In this document: one piece after another, positions 49,592 to 58,700 of the stretch
Numbering within the stretch: the first letter of the stretch is position 1
How the letters are laid out: each line of letters opens with the position of its first letter
Assembly: GCA_965140415.1 (NCBI GenBank)
Contig: OZ223209.1
Span: 3,872,001-3,936,000, forward strand
Origin: Myxococcota bacterium
Lineage (GTDB): Bacteria; Myxococcota_A; SURF-8
Length of the DNA stretch: 64,000 nucleotides
Reading direction: 5' to 3'
Made by a program: the position numbers and the translations under genes
Notes under the pieces: generated by a model
Told to the model about the DNA's origin: nothing
Database searches by the model: none
Seen by the model: only the letters and a program-made list of their open reading frames with translations

Positions 49592-51676
49592 TCAACCATA
49601 GAAAAAGCCATCGTGATCTATAAAAAGAGATAAATCCATCACATTCAATAGGAAAAGCATTCCCGTAACCAGCAAACCGATGGCTCCGATGAACATTAGG
49701 CTGCTGTAAATCTTATAGCGTCGCGTAAGCCCGGTTTCCGTCGCACCGGCGACAACAAACGGTAATCGACCCACTTCCGCTTTCTGAATCACTGCACTTG
49801 GTGTTTCAGCATGAAGCTTTTGTTTTTCTTCTAAAACGGACTCGATTGCCTTCGCTTCCATGGCTGAACGCGCACTTTCCCATTCCTGTTCGTCGATAAC
49901 GCCATTACCATCTGCATCGTACTCGCGCAGCAGTTTTTCATGATCCTGTTTCAGTTCTCGAATCTTTTCCGCCGTACGCTGACTAAGGCTTGATAATTCC
50001 TGTTCGACACGCTGGGCCGATCCCAATACGTAAATCGGAGCGAATTCAGGAATGGTCTCTTCGATAACCTTCTCATCGGGACTGAAATGCACGTTCAACG
50101 AACCGGACAATCCGATATCACCACGATAGGTTTCCGAATGAGAAGGGAGAATACGCGCCCCCAGCGGATTCACCAAAACCTTGCCGGTCTCGTCTTTCAC
50201 TAAAAACGGCGCGGAACCGCTGTTCATGTCGGTTTGCAATACCCATTCCGTCTTGTTGCCGCTGTGCTTTTTCTTATAGCGACGCATCCTGTAATACACA
50301 CAGGCAATGTTGGAAATCGGCGCTTGCAGGTTACAGGCCCGCTCGCAGATTCCCTTGACTTCCACCATCCCCATGGCTAGGGAGCGGATTTTGGATGTAG
50401 GCGTGTTGTCCATCCAACGTTTTAAACTGAGAAAACGAAACGCGCTGTAAAACAGACCGGCGGAAATCAGGAAAAACAACACTCCCCGATTGATTCCGAC
50501 ATTCAGCAACCACATTTGAACTTTGGGGTTGAAATGTGCGGCAACGATCAACGCGAAAACCAGTAACGAAATTGCAATCGGGACCAGCGAAACTTTGAAC
50601 TCTAAACTGATTCCCCCCGCATTCTGTATCGGCTCTGGTGGTGACGGTAAAAAAGAGGCCGCCGTCATCGTATCTTCCGGTTTGTAACTCGGTTCGTCGA
50701 TCCCTTCGGAAGCGATTGCTTGAGAGGACATTCCGGTGTTGACTTGCGCCGCTGTCGCAATTCCTACCACGGCAGCAACCGCTCCACCTGCACCGGAATC
50801 TCCCATTACCGCTTTTTCCGTTTCAGGCGCAGTGGAGGCAGTATTTGTTTGAGTCGTACCCGGCTTGATATCCTGACCTTTGCGCGTCAGGTTTTGGCGA
50901 TACAATTCTCCTAAATAATATCCGTAACGTGATAAGCTATTCAGATTCGATTCCAAACTACCGGCAATATCCCCTTGAGTCAGACGACAACCCGGCATCT
51001 GAAACAATCCGAAATCCATTTCCAACGCGAACCACGATGACAAGCCTTTCACCAGCCGCACCACCCGATCCATATTTTGCCTGGCACTGGGAGTTGCGTG
51101 TTTCCCCAAACCGGTTGCGTTGAATTTTCCAGGTATGAACCGGAACGGTCCAATGGGAGCTTCATCGGATTGGGTAAACGATTCAGGCAGGATATACACA
51201 TCCAGAACCGGATTCGCGCTGAAAATGGTCTTATACTTTTCCTTGGCGTCCAATCCGACCAGTTCATTGGTCCGGTTGGACATGCGACGCATCAGTTTAC
51301 TAAGCAATCGTCCGTCGAAATCGGCCAGAACACCAAACGCCCTGCCCTTTTTCGGAAAAGAAACACGTTCCGATTTGGTTTCGAAAACAAGCGTTTCCCC
51401 CTGCATGGAAACCGCTTTTACCATCTGCGCTTTTGGAATACCCGGACGCGCGGGAACAACAGCCCTTTGGAATCCACCCTGCCCTAGTATTCCAGCCGCC
51501 GTGGAAAGCTCATTCGCTGTACCCTTCGCCAAATATCCCAACCCGGCTCCCATCAACGAAAGACGAGTCTGATAGGCATCCATCGAAGCCTGTTTGACAA
51601 GTTCTTCCACCAATGCAGACAGTTTCTGTGGATCGACAATCTGTTTTCGTACGAACAGGATGTGTTCTTCGCTCAT
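49592..51676 (-). CDS. Membrane protein with GIDE-like domain and EF-hand-like loop
   Basis: TM helices, NTPTSKIRSLAMGMVEVKG (GIDE start), PF.VKDETG.VLVNP.GA, DADGNGVIDEQEW loop and C-terminal TM; adjacent to lemA. Confidence 0.78.
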   Translation of the reverse strand: MSEEHILFVRKQIVDPQKLSALVEELVKQASMDAYQTRLSLMGAGLGYLAKGTANELSTAAGILGQGGFQRAVVPARPGIPKAQMVKAVSMQGETLVFETKSERVSFPKKGRAFGVLADFDGRLLSKLMRRMSNRTNELVGLDAKEKYKTIFSANPVLDVYILPESFTQSDEAPIGPFRFIPGKFNATGLGKHATPSARQNMDRVVRLVKGLSSWFALEMDFGLFQMPGCRLTQGDIAGSLESNLNSLSRYGYYLGELYRQNLTRKGQDIKPGTTQTNTASTAPETEKAVMGDSGAGGAVAAVVGIATAAQVNTGMSSQAIASEGIDEPSYKPEDTMTAASFLPSPPEPIQNAGGISLEFKVSLVPIAISLLVFALIVAAHFNPKVQMWLLNVGINRGVLFFLISAGLFYSAFRFLSLKRWMDNTPTSKIRSLAMGMVEVKGICERACNLQAPISNIACVYYRMRRYKKKHSGNKTEWVLQTDMNSGSAPFLVKDETGKVLVNPLGARILPSHSETYRGDIGLSGSLNVHFSPDEKVIEETIPEFAPIYVLGSAQRVEQELSSLSQRTAEKIRELKQDHEKLLREYDADGNGVIDEQEWESARSAMEAKAIESVLEEKQKLHAETPSAVIQKAEVGRLPFVVAGATETGLTRRYKIYSSLMFIGAIGLLVTGMLFLLNVMDLSLFIDHDGFFYG

Positions 51677-51952
51677 CTTTACCCCAATATAAAAACCACT
51701 TGATGGAATTTCCACATTCAGTATATGCATTTTATCCGGTTTTGTCACTTTTCTCAAGTCAAGCTCCAGCCTTCAACCCAATCTAGGCGCATGGCCCATC
51801 AACACCGCCTTTTCCGTCGAACTATAGGGTATCTTTAAAAATTCTCTTGTCGGATGTACTGCGTATTGATACTCTAATGGATATCATTGGATTTTCTCTA
51901 CGCGCCGAAGAAGCATCAAAACGGCAAAACAGGGGTTGGCGGTGAAATCATT

Positions 51953-52546
51953 ATGAAAGTCTATGGTCTGACTGGCGGAATCGCCTCCGGAAAAAGTACG
52001 GTGTCGTATATGTTCGAAGAACTGGGAGCCACCGTTTTAGACGCCGATCAACTGGCGCGCCAGATCGTGGAACCAGGCACAAGAGAATACAATCGTATTA
52101 TCGATGCGTTCGGACGCAAAGTGCTCTTGGAAGACGGTCGCCTGGATCGGCGCAAATTACGACGCATTGTCTTTGCCAACGAAAAAAAGCGTGCGATTCT
52201 AAATGAAATCGTGCATCCCGAAGTCATGCGGCAAAGTTCCAAACGGATGAGCCTTGCAGCAGAATCGGGTGTGCGTGTGCTGATTTACGAGGCGGCGCTG
52301 TTGGTTGAAACGGGAATGTACAAGAACTTCGATGGACTGATCGTCGTAACCTGCGATGTCAAGCAGCAACGCGAGAGATTGATGGCCAGAGATCACGTCA
52401 ACACCAAAGATATCGACAACGCCCTGGCGAGCCAATCCTCTCACGAGGAAAAACTGCTGCTCGCAGACCACGTAATCGATACCAAAGGTACGCACGACGA
52501 AACCCGAAGCCAGGTACAATCCATTTGGCGAACCATTTCAGGATGA
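51953..52546 (+). CDS. coaE: Dephospho-CoA kinase
   Basis: GLTGGIASGKST, DAD, LDRRKL, L..IVHP and LLVE. Confidence 0.96.
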   Translation: MKVYGLTGGIASGKSTVSYMFEELGATVLDADQLARQIVEPGTREYNRIIDAFGRKVLLEDGRLDRRKLRRIVFANEKKRAILNEIVHPEVMRQSSKRMSLAAESGVRVLIYEAALLVETGMYKNFDGLIVVTCDVKQQRERLMARDHVNTKDIDNALASQSSHEEKLLLADHVIDTKGTHDETRSQVQSIWRTISG

Positions 52547-52557
52547 GCGGAGGTCGT

Positions 52558-53697
52558 ATGGCGAAATCCAAACCGGACCCCAAACAGATCCTGGTGACAG
52601 GCTGTCCATACTTCACCGCAATCAAATTCGTCAAACAAATCGCGAGAACCGAGCGAAGCACGACCCTGCATTTGCTGGTTATGGAAAAATACCTTCCGGC
52701 AACCAAAGCCATTCTGCAAACTCTGCCTAAAAGCGCTCAGAAACGGATTCATTATTACAGCGGAGACACAACCTTTCTGGATCTGGGTCTGGCCGGAGAA
52801 GAAGTGCTTGCGCTAAACGAGAAGATCACACACATTTTCCATCTGGCGCATATCTGGCAATTCGACGTCCCCCATCACATCTGTGAAGAAGTCAACATTC
52901 GCGGTACCCGCAACGTGTTGGCTTTTGCGGGAGAATGTCCGAATCTCCGACACTTGGCTTTCTTTTCCACTCTGTTTGTTTCCGGCAAACGCAAAGGTGT
53001 CATTCGGGAAGATGAATTCTGGCTGGGTCAGGAATTCAAGAATGCCTTTGAAGAAACGCGCTTTGCAGGCGAACGGCTTGCCCGCAAAGCCCTTGAAAAC
53101 GGCATGCCGATTTCGTTTTATCGCATCGGACAAGTCATGGGAGACAGCCAAAGCGGAGAAATCTACCGCTTCGACGGTCCCAATCTTTTCTTAAAAATTC
53201 TTCTAACGACAGACAAGAGCCTGCCGTTTTTCCTGCCCGGACCTTGCGAAGGGGCAAGCAATCTCGTTCCCGTAGACTATGTGGTCAACGCCTGTCTGCA
53301 TATGATCGATAACGACAAAAACATCGGGCGCACGTTCCATATCACCGATCCTTATCCGCATTCGGTTCGCACGGTATTCGAGGCGGTCTGCTCGTATCTG
53401 GGGCGCAAGCAGCCGACATTCGGCATACCGAAACGCTTGTATAAAGCCGTGTTTCTCATCCCCGGCATGGAACGCTTGGCCGGTGCTCCCAAAGAATTAT
53501 TCGACTACTTCAACCACCGTGCCATCCACAACTGTTCCAACACGTTGGCAGCGTTGAAAGGATCGGGAATCACCTGTCCACGCTTCGATTCCTACTTCCC
53601 CATCGTCATCGAATTCGCACGAGATCTGCTGAAAAAACGGGAGGAAAAACGGGAAGAAGAACAGGCCGTGGACCCCTTCGATCACCTGCGCCCTTGA
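52558..53697 (+). CDS. Extended SDR / thioester-reductase-like protein with degenerate motifs
   Basis: GD..LDLGL, IFHLA, VN..GTRNVL, ST.FVSG, GDS.SGE and VPVDYV; the NAD-binding and YxxxK motifs are altered. Confidence 0.82.
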   Translation: MAKSKPDPKQILVTGCPYFTAIKFVKQIARTERSTTLHLLVMEKYLPATKAILQTLPKSAQKRIHYYSGDTTFLDLGLAGEEVLALNEKITHIFHLAHIWQFDVPHHICEEVNIRGTRNVLAFAGECPNLRHLAFFSTLFVSGKRKGVIREDEFWLGQEFKNAFEETRFAGERLARKALENGMPISFYRIGQVMGDSQSGEIYRFDGPNLFLKILLTTDKSLPFFLPGPCEGASNLVPVDYVVNACLHMIDNDKNIGRTFHITDPYPHSVRTVFEAVCSYLGRKQPTFGIPKRLYKAVFLIPGMERLAGAPKELFDYFNHRAIHNCSNTLAALKGSGITCPRFDSYFPIVIEFARDLLKKREEKREEEQAVDPFDHLRP

Positions 53698-53779
53698 TGG
53701 GCAATTTTTCTCTCCGATCGATTTGCTATCCTATAGCAGCAATAGAAAACGTAATCGAACCTGTTGATATGCGGTTGGT

Positions 53780-54106
53780 TTATTTGAGGATACTACGTAG
53801 AGCAACTTCCAAATCGGGAAGGTCATTTACAATAATGTTCCAGACTTCGATAAGATCCACCCCCATGTAATCGTGAACCAACACATCTCGAAGCCCGGCT
53901 ATCCTACGCCAAGGAACATTTGCATAATGATCCTTCAACTCTAAGGAAATTTTCTTCGTCGCCTCTCCGATAATCTCGAAGTTTCGGATTACGCCATCTT
54001 GGATCAGTAAACTCGATTCAAAGGCGTCCTTTCCGTCTATCGTATATTCTTTGATCTTGGCGATAGAATCAAGAATGTGGTGCAGGTAAAGAAGGTCGGT
54101 TTTCAT
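53780..54106 (-). CDS. hepT: HepT (HEPN/DUF86) toxin RNase
   Basis: IRNFEIIGEA and PW..IAGLRDVLVHDY (RX4HXY). Confidence 0.93.
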   Translation of the reverse strand: MKTDLLYLHHILDSIAKIKEYTIDGKDAFESSLLIQDGVIRNFEIIGEATKKISLELKDHYANVPWRRIAGLRDVLVHDYMGVDLIEVWNIIVNDLPDLEVALRSILK

Positions 54107-54393
54107 AACGGAACAGATTCCCGCAGCACTTGCTCTCGAATGCTTTCGTGGAGAGCGCGTTCGTTTACGACATCGATTTTCCGTCCCAATAGATCTTCCA
54201 AAGCTTGCATGAAGGCGATGCGGTCCAGCAGGCTGCGATCTAGGTCCATTTCTACAAGGATGTCAATATCGCTGTCCGGTCGATCCTCCCCACGCACGGC
54301 AGAACCAAACAGCCGCAAGTTTCTTACACCGTGAGCTTTAGCCAAACGGTTGATATCAGTAATGTATGCTTTGATACGATCGTGGGTTGTCAT
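54103..54393 (-). CDS. mntA: MntA minimal nucleotidyltransferase antitoxin
   Basis: FGSAVRGEDRPDSDID (GSX10DXD) and LGRKIDVV; 4-bp overlap with hepT; ATG 54393 after GAGGA. Confidence 0.92.
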   Translation of the reverse strand: MTTHDRIKAYITDINRLAKAHGVRNLRLFGSAVRGEDRPDSDIDILVEMDLDRSLLDRIAFMQALEDLLGRKIDVVNERALHESIREQVLRESVPL

Positions 54394-54445
54394 TTCACAA
54401 TCCTCTTCATCATGATATCTATTATGCCGAGAATAAACGTAAAAA

Positions 54446-55225
54446 TCAAGATTTACAGCTCTTTCGCCCCTTCCCGCAATCGGGACAATCATCGTTTTTA
54501 GCCCGAGACAAATCCAAAATCGAATAGCGCCCGGACCAGATATCGAAACTGAACAATTCTGGATGTCGCTTCGATTCATCTTCCAACAGGATTTTCAATA
54601 CTTCTGTGACTTGCACGGCGCTAGCAAGAGCAACCGCCGTGCTTAAAACGCCGACTTCCAGAACGGAGTTCGGACCGGTTTCTTCCGGAGTCTGGGGAAA
54701 GATACAGCGTAAACAGGGAGTATTTCCGGTAAGGATGGAACAGACGGAGCCGGTGGTTCCCAATATTCCGGCATATACCCAGGGAATACCCAACCGTATG
54801 CATACACGATTGATCACATAATAACGCACCCCAAACGAATCACTTCCATCCAGTACGACATGCGACCCGGAAAGAAACTCCTCGGCGTTATTTTCATTAA
54901 GGAAGATCTCGTGAGATTCGATGTGACAGCTAGAATTGATTTTGCCAAGCCGCTCTGCCAAAGTAGCCGCTTTCGCTCGCTTTTCCTTTGCATCTTCTTC
55001 GGTGAACAGCGTTTGACGAGGTAAATTGGAAAGCGACACACAATCGCCATCCACCAATTGCAGTTCTCCAATTCCCCCTCGACAAAGTCTCTCTGCGCCC
55101 AGCGATCCCAATGCTCCGCAACCGACAATCGTAATCCTCGAACGTGCCAGTTTTTCCTGACCGACTTCTCCAAACTGCTCCAATAGAATATGGCGGCTGT
55201 ATCGCTCTCGATTTTGTGAATCCAT
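54446..55225 (-). CDS. ThiF/MoeB/HesA family adenylyltransferase
   Basis: RYSRHI, GCGALG, D.V..SNL.RQ, DGSD, CLRC and C-terminal CPDC. Confidence 0.92.
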   Translation of the reverse strand: MDSQNRERYSRHILLEQFGEVGQEKLARSRITIVGCGALGSLGAERLCRGGIGELQLVDGDCVSLSNLPRQTLFTEEDAKEKRAKAATLAERLGKINSSCHIESHEIFLNENNAEEFLSGSHVVLDGSDSFGVRYYVINRVCIRLGIPWVYAGILGTTGSVCSILTGNTPCLRCIFPQTPEETGPNSVLEVGVLSTAVALASAVQVTEVLKILLEDESKRHPELFSFDIWSGRYSILDLSRAKNDDCPDCGKGRKSCKS

Positions 55226-55739
55226 CGATTCTCCCTCTTTGCTCGTTCGGTAATAGTTTCCAACGGCATTCGCATCGCTGTCAATGGATTTCGTCTATCG
55301 ATCCACTTTCAAGAAAACTCTCTCAAACACACCTGCCTCCCAGAAGTCTAAATTCAAGACCAACTATTTTCTGAATGATTATTCATTAGATAGTTGACAA
55401 GAAGCCTTTCCTCGAAAATAATGTAGTGCCTTTTCCTAAATTGCTGAAAGTACTATTTCAGCCGGGTGGGATCGCTATTTGGCAGAATGTCAGAGGGATG
55501 CGAATTGGATACGAACAAGGCACGCTTGTATATTTATGCACTTTTGTTCGCATTTTCAAGTAAGGCATTCAATTGAGGGTTACCGGAATCGATGGCAAAT
55601 GGCCAGATGATTCCACGTTTCTTTATTCTTGCCAGTTCTCGAAGCGGCAGGTTTACACTTCGCATAAATGGGAATAAAGAAACCGATTCGCAAAAAATAA
55701 CGAAACGCAACAGCACGAAAGACTGGGAACGAAAGCGGC

Positions 55740-58700
55740 ATGCAGGGACCATTCAAACGAACGATCAACAAAGCGTCCGATCTCCGAGCGCAAAAGCAAT
55801 CGGGTAAGAATTCCGCTCAAAGCACCATAACAGAAGCGCTTCACGAAGCGTTTGTGCAGGCTGGGTTCAAGCCGTTGGATAATCGATTGATGGATGATGG
55901 CGGCAAGGAAGTGCAGAACGAGTGCATTCTGCGCGCCCGTTCGACGAGCGACGTACAACGGATCGTCACTATCGCGCATTCCATGTCTTTCGGTGTGATG
56001 CCGATTGGGTCGCTGACCAGCGCCATTGGCGCTTTCGAAACGCGCTCGGCAGCACGCCTGCATGGCTTGAACGGCTTTGTCGGTATTCAAATCCAACCTT
56101 CCGGACAACTGGAACCGCAAAACGCCCCCCCCTCCGAATTCGAACGCCTGATCCCCAGCGATCCGGATCTGCGCGAAAATATGGAAGTCTTCCGCAGCGT
56201 CAATTCGGAAGCCAGTCACCAGGTGCGCGTATGGGCGGGCCTCACACCGGGGCGTATCAACGAGGCGCTCATCGATTTACTGGGGCCGGGGCATTCCGTT
56301 TACCTGGATCTGACGACATTCAATCAGGCCCAGATCGGAGCCGTTGTGGCCAATGGAAGCGAAGGTCCGGTGCGCGCCAACGCACGCTTCAATCTCGTTT
56401 CCGCCACGCTTGTCGATGGCGCAGGGCAGTTACATCAGTTAACTCATGAACAAGCCAAAGCACAAGTCGGCCAGGGAGGAACGGCGGGAATCCTATCGGA
56501 AATCACGTTGGAAGTGATTTTTGAGGGAAGTAACGAATTCGGGTTCTTCATGCCATTGCCGGGAAGAATCGGTAAAGAATACACCGGCATGGTCAACCAT
56601 CTGCCGCATGTCATGGCGACACTCGATCCTTTCAGCCAGGCGCATTTCATCCAAGATTCGAAAGGGAAAAAACTCGTTGCCAAACGTGGCCCGATTTTAT
56701 TGAAAGGCTTTGAAATCATTACCCGCTCGGAACTGCGCAGCACCTATGGAAGTTTACGCGAAGACAGCGAAGAACGCGGGCGCATCGGAAGCCTTTTGGA
56801 AAACATGCGCGACAGCCACTGCCATGTCGGTCTGATGATCAATTGCACCACGGATATCACCGAAGAAGAGATGCTGACGTACCTGGAAGCGCTTTACGAA
56901 GATCGGCAGGATGCAGACAACCTCTTCTGTGTCATTCGAAACCTGCAACGCGAGCAGGAGGTTTACCAAAGCAAGGAAGGCTTGTACGAAACGGAAGAGG
57001 ACATTGTGTACTTCCGCCCCAGCGAAATCAAAGCGCTAAAACGAATGCGCGAAGCGATCCCGGAAATGACGCGTGCCTCCAAACTTCGGGGCTTCACCAG
57101 TTCTACGGATGTGAACTGTCGTCTGACTTCAGAATCGGAGCAAGAACGCGAGCGCGCCTATAAAGCCATTATGGAAACCTATTGGATGTATATCAACGAC
57201 CTGCGGGATCGTGATTTCCGGGTATACATCTATGGTCATCTTCATCCCGGCGACAGGGAACAGGCAACCGGCGGCGGCATCGACCTGCACGTGCGTGGCT
57301 CCTACTTTCTTGAAGGAGAAGACGAGGATCGCCAGAAGCGCGCGCCGGAAGCCTGGGTGTATCTGAAGGATCGCAAAAAGCAATTACTTAACGAACTCCA
57401 CGGCTTGCACGGTCAATTCGGAATCTGTATCGAGGCCGGAGAAAAACGGATATCCTCCGACTACGCCAGGTGGCTGTCCAATATCGAACCGGAAGCCGCT
57501 GAAGCATTTTATCGCACCAATGAACTCTATGGCGCACCAACCTTGGCCGCGCGCAGTCCGATCAAGCTACACGCTCATCCGCCACGAATCAAAGAAGGCA
57601 TCCTGAATCTCTTTGCACCGGACCCGAATATCGACGAACGGGCTTCTCTACTTATTCGCCTGCAACAATCGATCCTGTTGTGGTGCCAGCATTCTCATCG
57701 CAGTCCGGAATCGGCCAGGGTGATTGCGGAAACTCATGGCCTGCTTCGAGATTGGCTGGCGCTCGATTCCGAGGCACGGATATTCTTTACCGAATCGCCG
57801 GAAAAGGCCCTGCATACCTCGTTGATGGGCCTGGTCAATTTCCGCAAGGATGGAACTTTCGTCGATTTGAGAACGCAACGCTGGGAAGAGCTAACGTATG
57901 AAACGAAACAGCATTGCCAGGTTGTAATCTGCGATTCACCAGCCCAACTGGTCAATCCCGATTTTAAAGACTGTCACACGATTCTGATTTCCGAAAATGC
58001 CGAACCGATCTGCAAAGCGGATCTCGACCGGGCTAGCATCGCGATTTTATCCGCTCAGGCAATTGGCGCTGGCGCGGAGTTGGGAATCATTGTTACATCC
58101 CGAAACGTAATTCAACATGCCCGCATGATTGCGCTACGCAACAATCCGGGCTATGCCCATGCCCTTGTCGAGTTGGACGATCGCCCGCATGAAACGATCG
58201 AAACGCCACGTCTGCCCGTGATCGCCGAACTGGGCTGCCTGCTCGCTGAAAAGCTGGGACAATCCTGCAACTTGTCTCATGAACAAGCGACAGAAATGCT
58301 GGAATGGCAGAACAAGCTGATCACGTTTAATCCCGGTCCCAGCCAGATCAACAGGAAAATCGTTGAGAAAGCCGTCGCTCTGCATAAGCAAACTTTATTG
58401 TTGCACAGCGATACAGAGGCGCGCATCAAAGCCATTGCCGGAGTAGAGCGGCAACTGCGCGACTACTTTAGCATACCGAACAATCATCACATTTTCTTTA
58501 CCGGATCGGCGACGCAGGCCATGGAACAGATCGTTGAAAGCCTGCCGCTCGACTACGCCGTGGTCGGTGTCAAAGGCGCTTTCGGAGAACGCATGGCGAC
58601 TGTCGCCCGGCGCTACGGGCAAGGCATCATGAAGTCCGTTCACTTGCGCTGGGGCGAAGGAGAAAACAGCCAGGTCAAGTCCATTGCGTCTGAAATGTTC

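Noticed and set aside
54394-54579. N-terminal extension of MntA in the ORF track
   Set aside because: It overlaps the moeB-like 3' end; ATG 54393 with an RBS gives the typical ~96-aa protein.
49592-55225. GIDE-like protein plus ThiF/MoeB as a bacterial ubiquitination system
   Set aside because: The genes are separated by coaE, the SDR and the TA pair; there is no E2, RING, JAB or ubiquitin-like gene, and the E1-like protein looks like an ordinary MoeB/ThiF.
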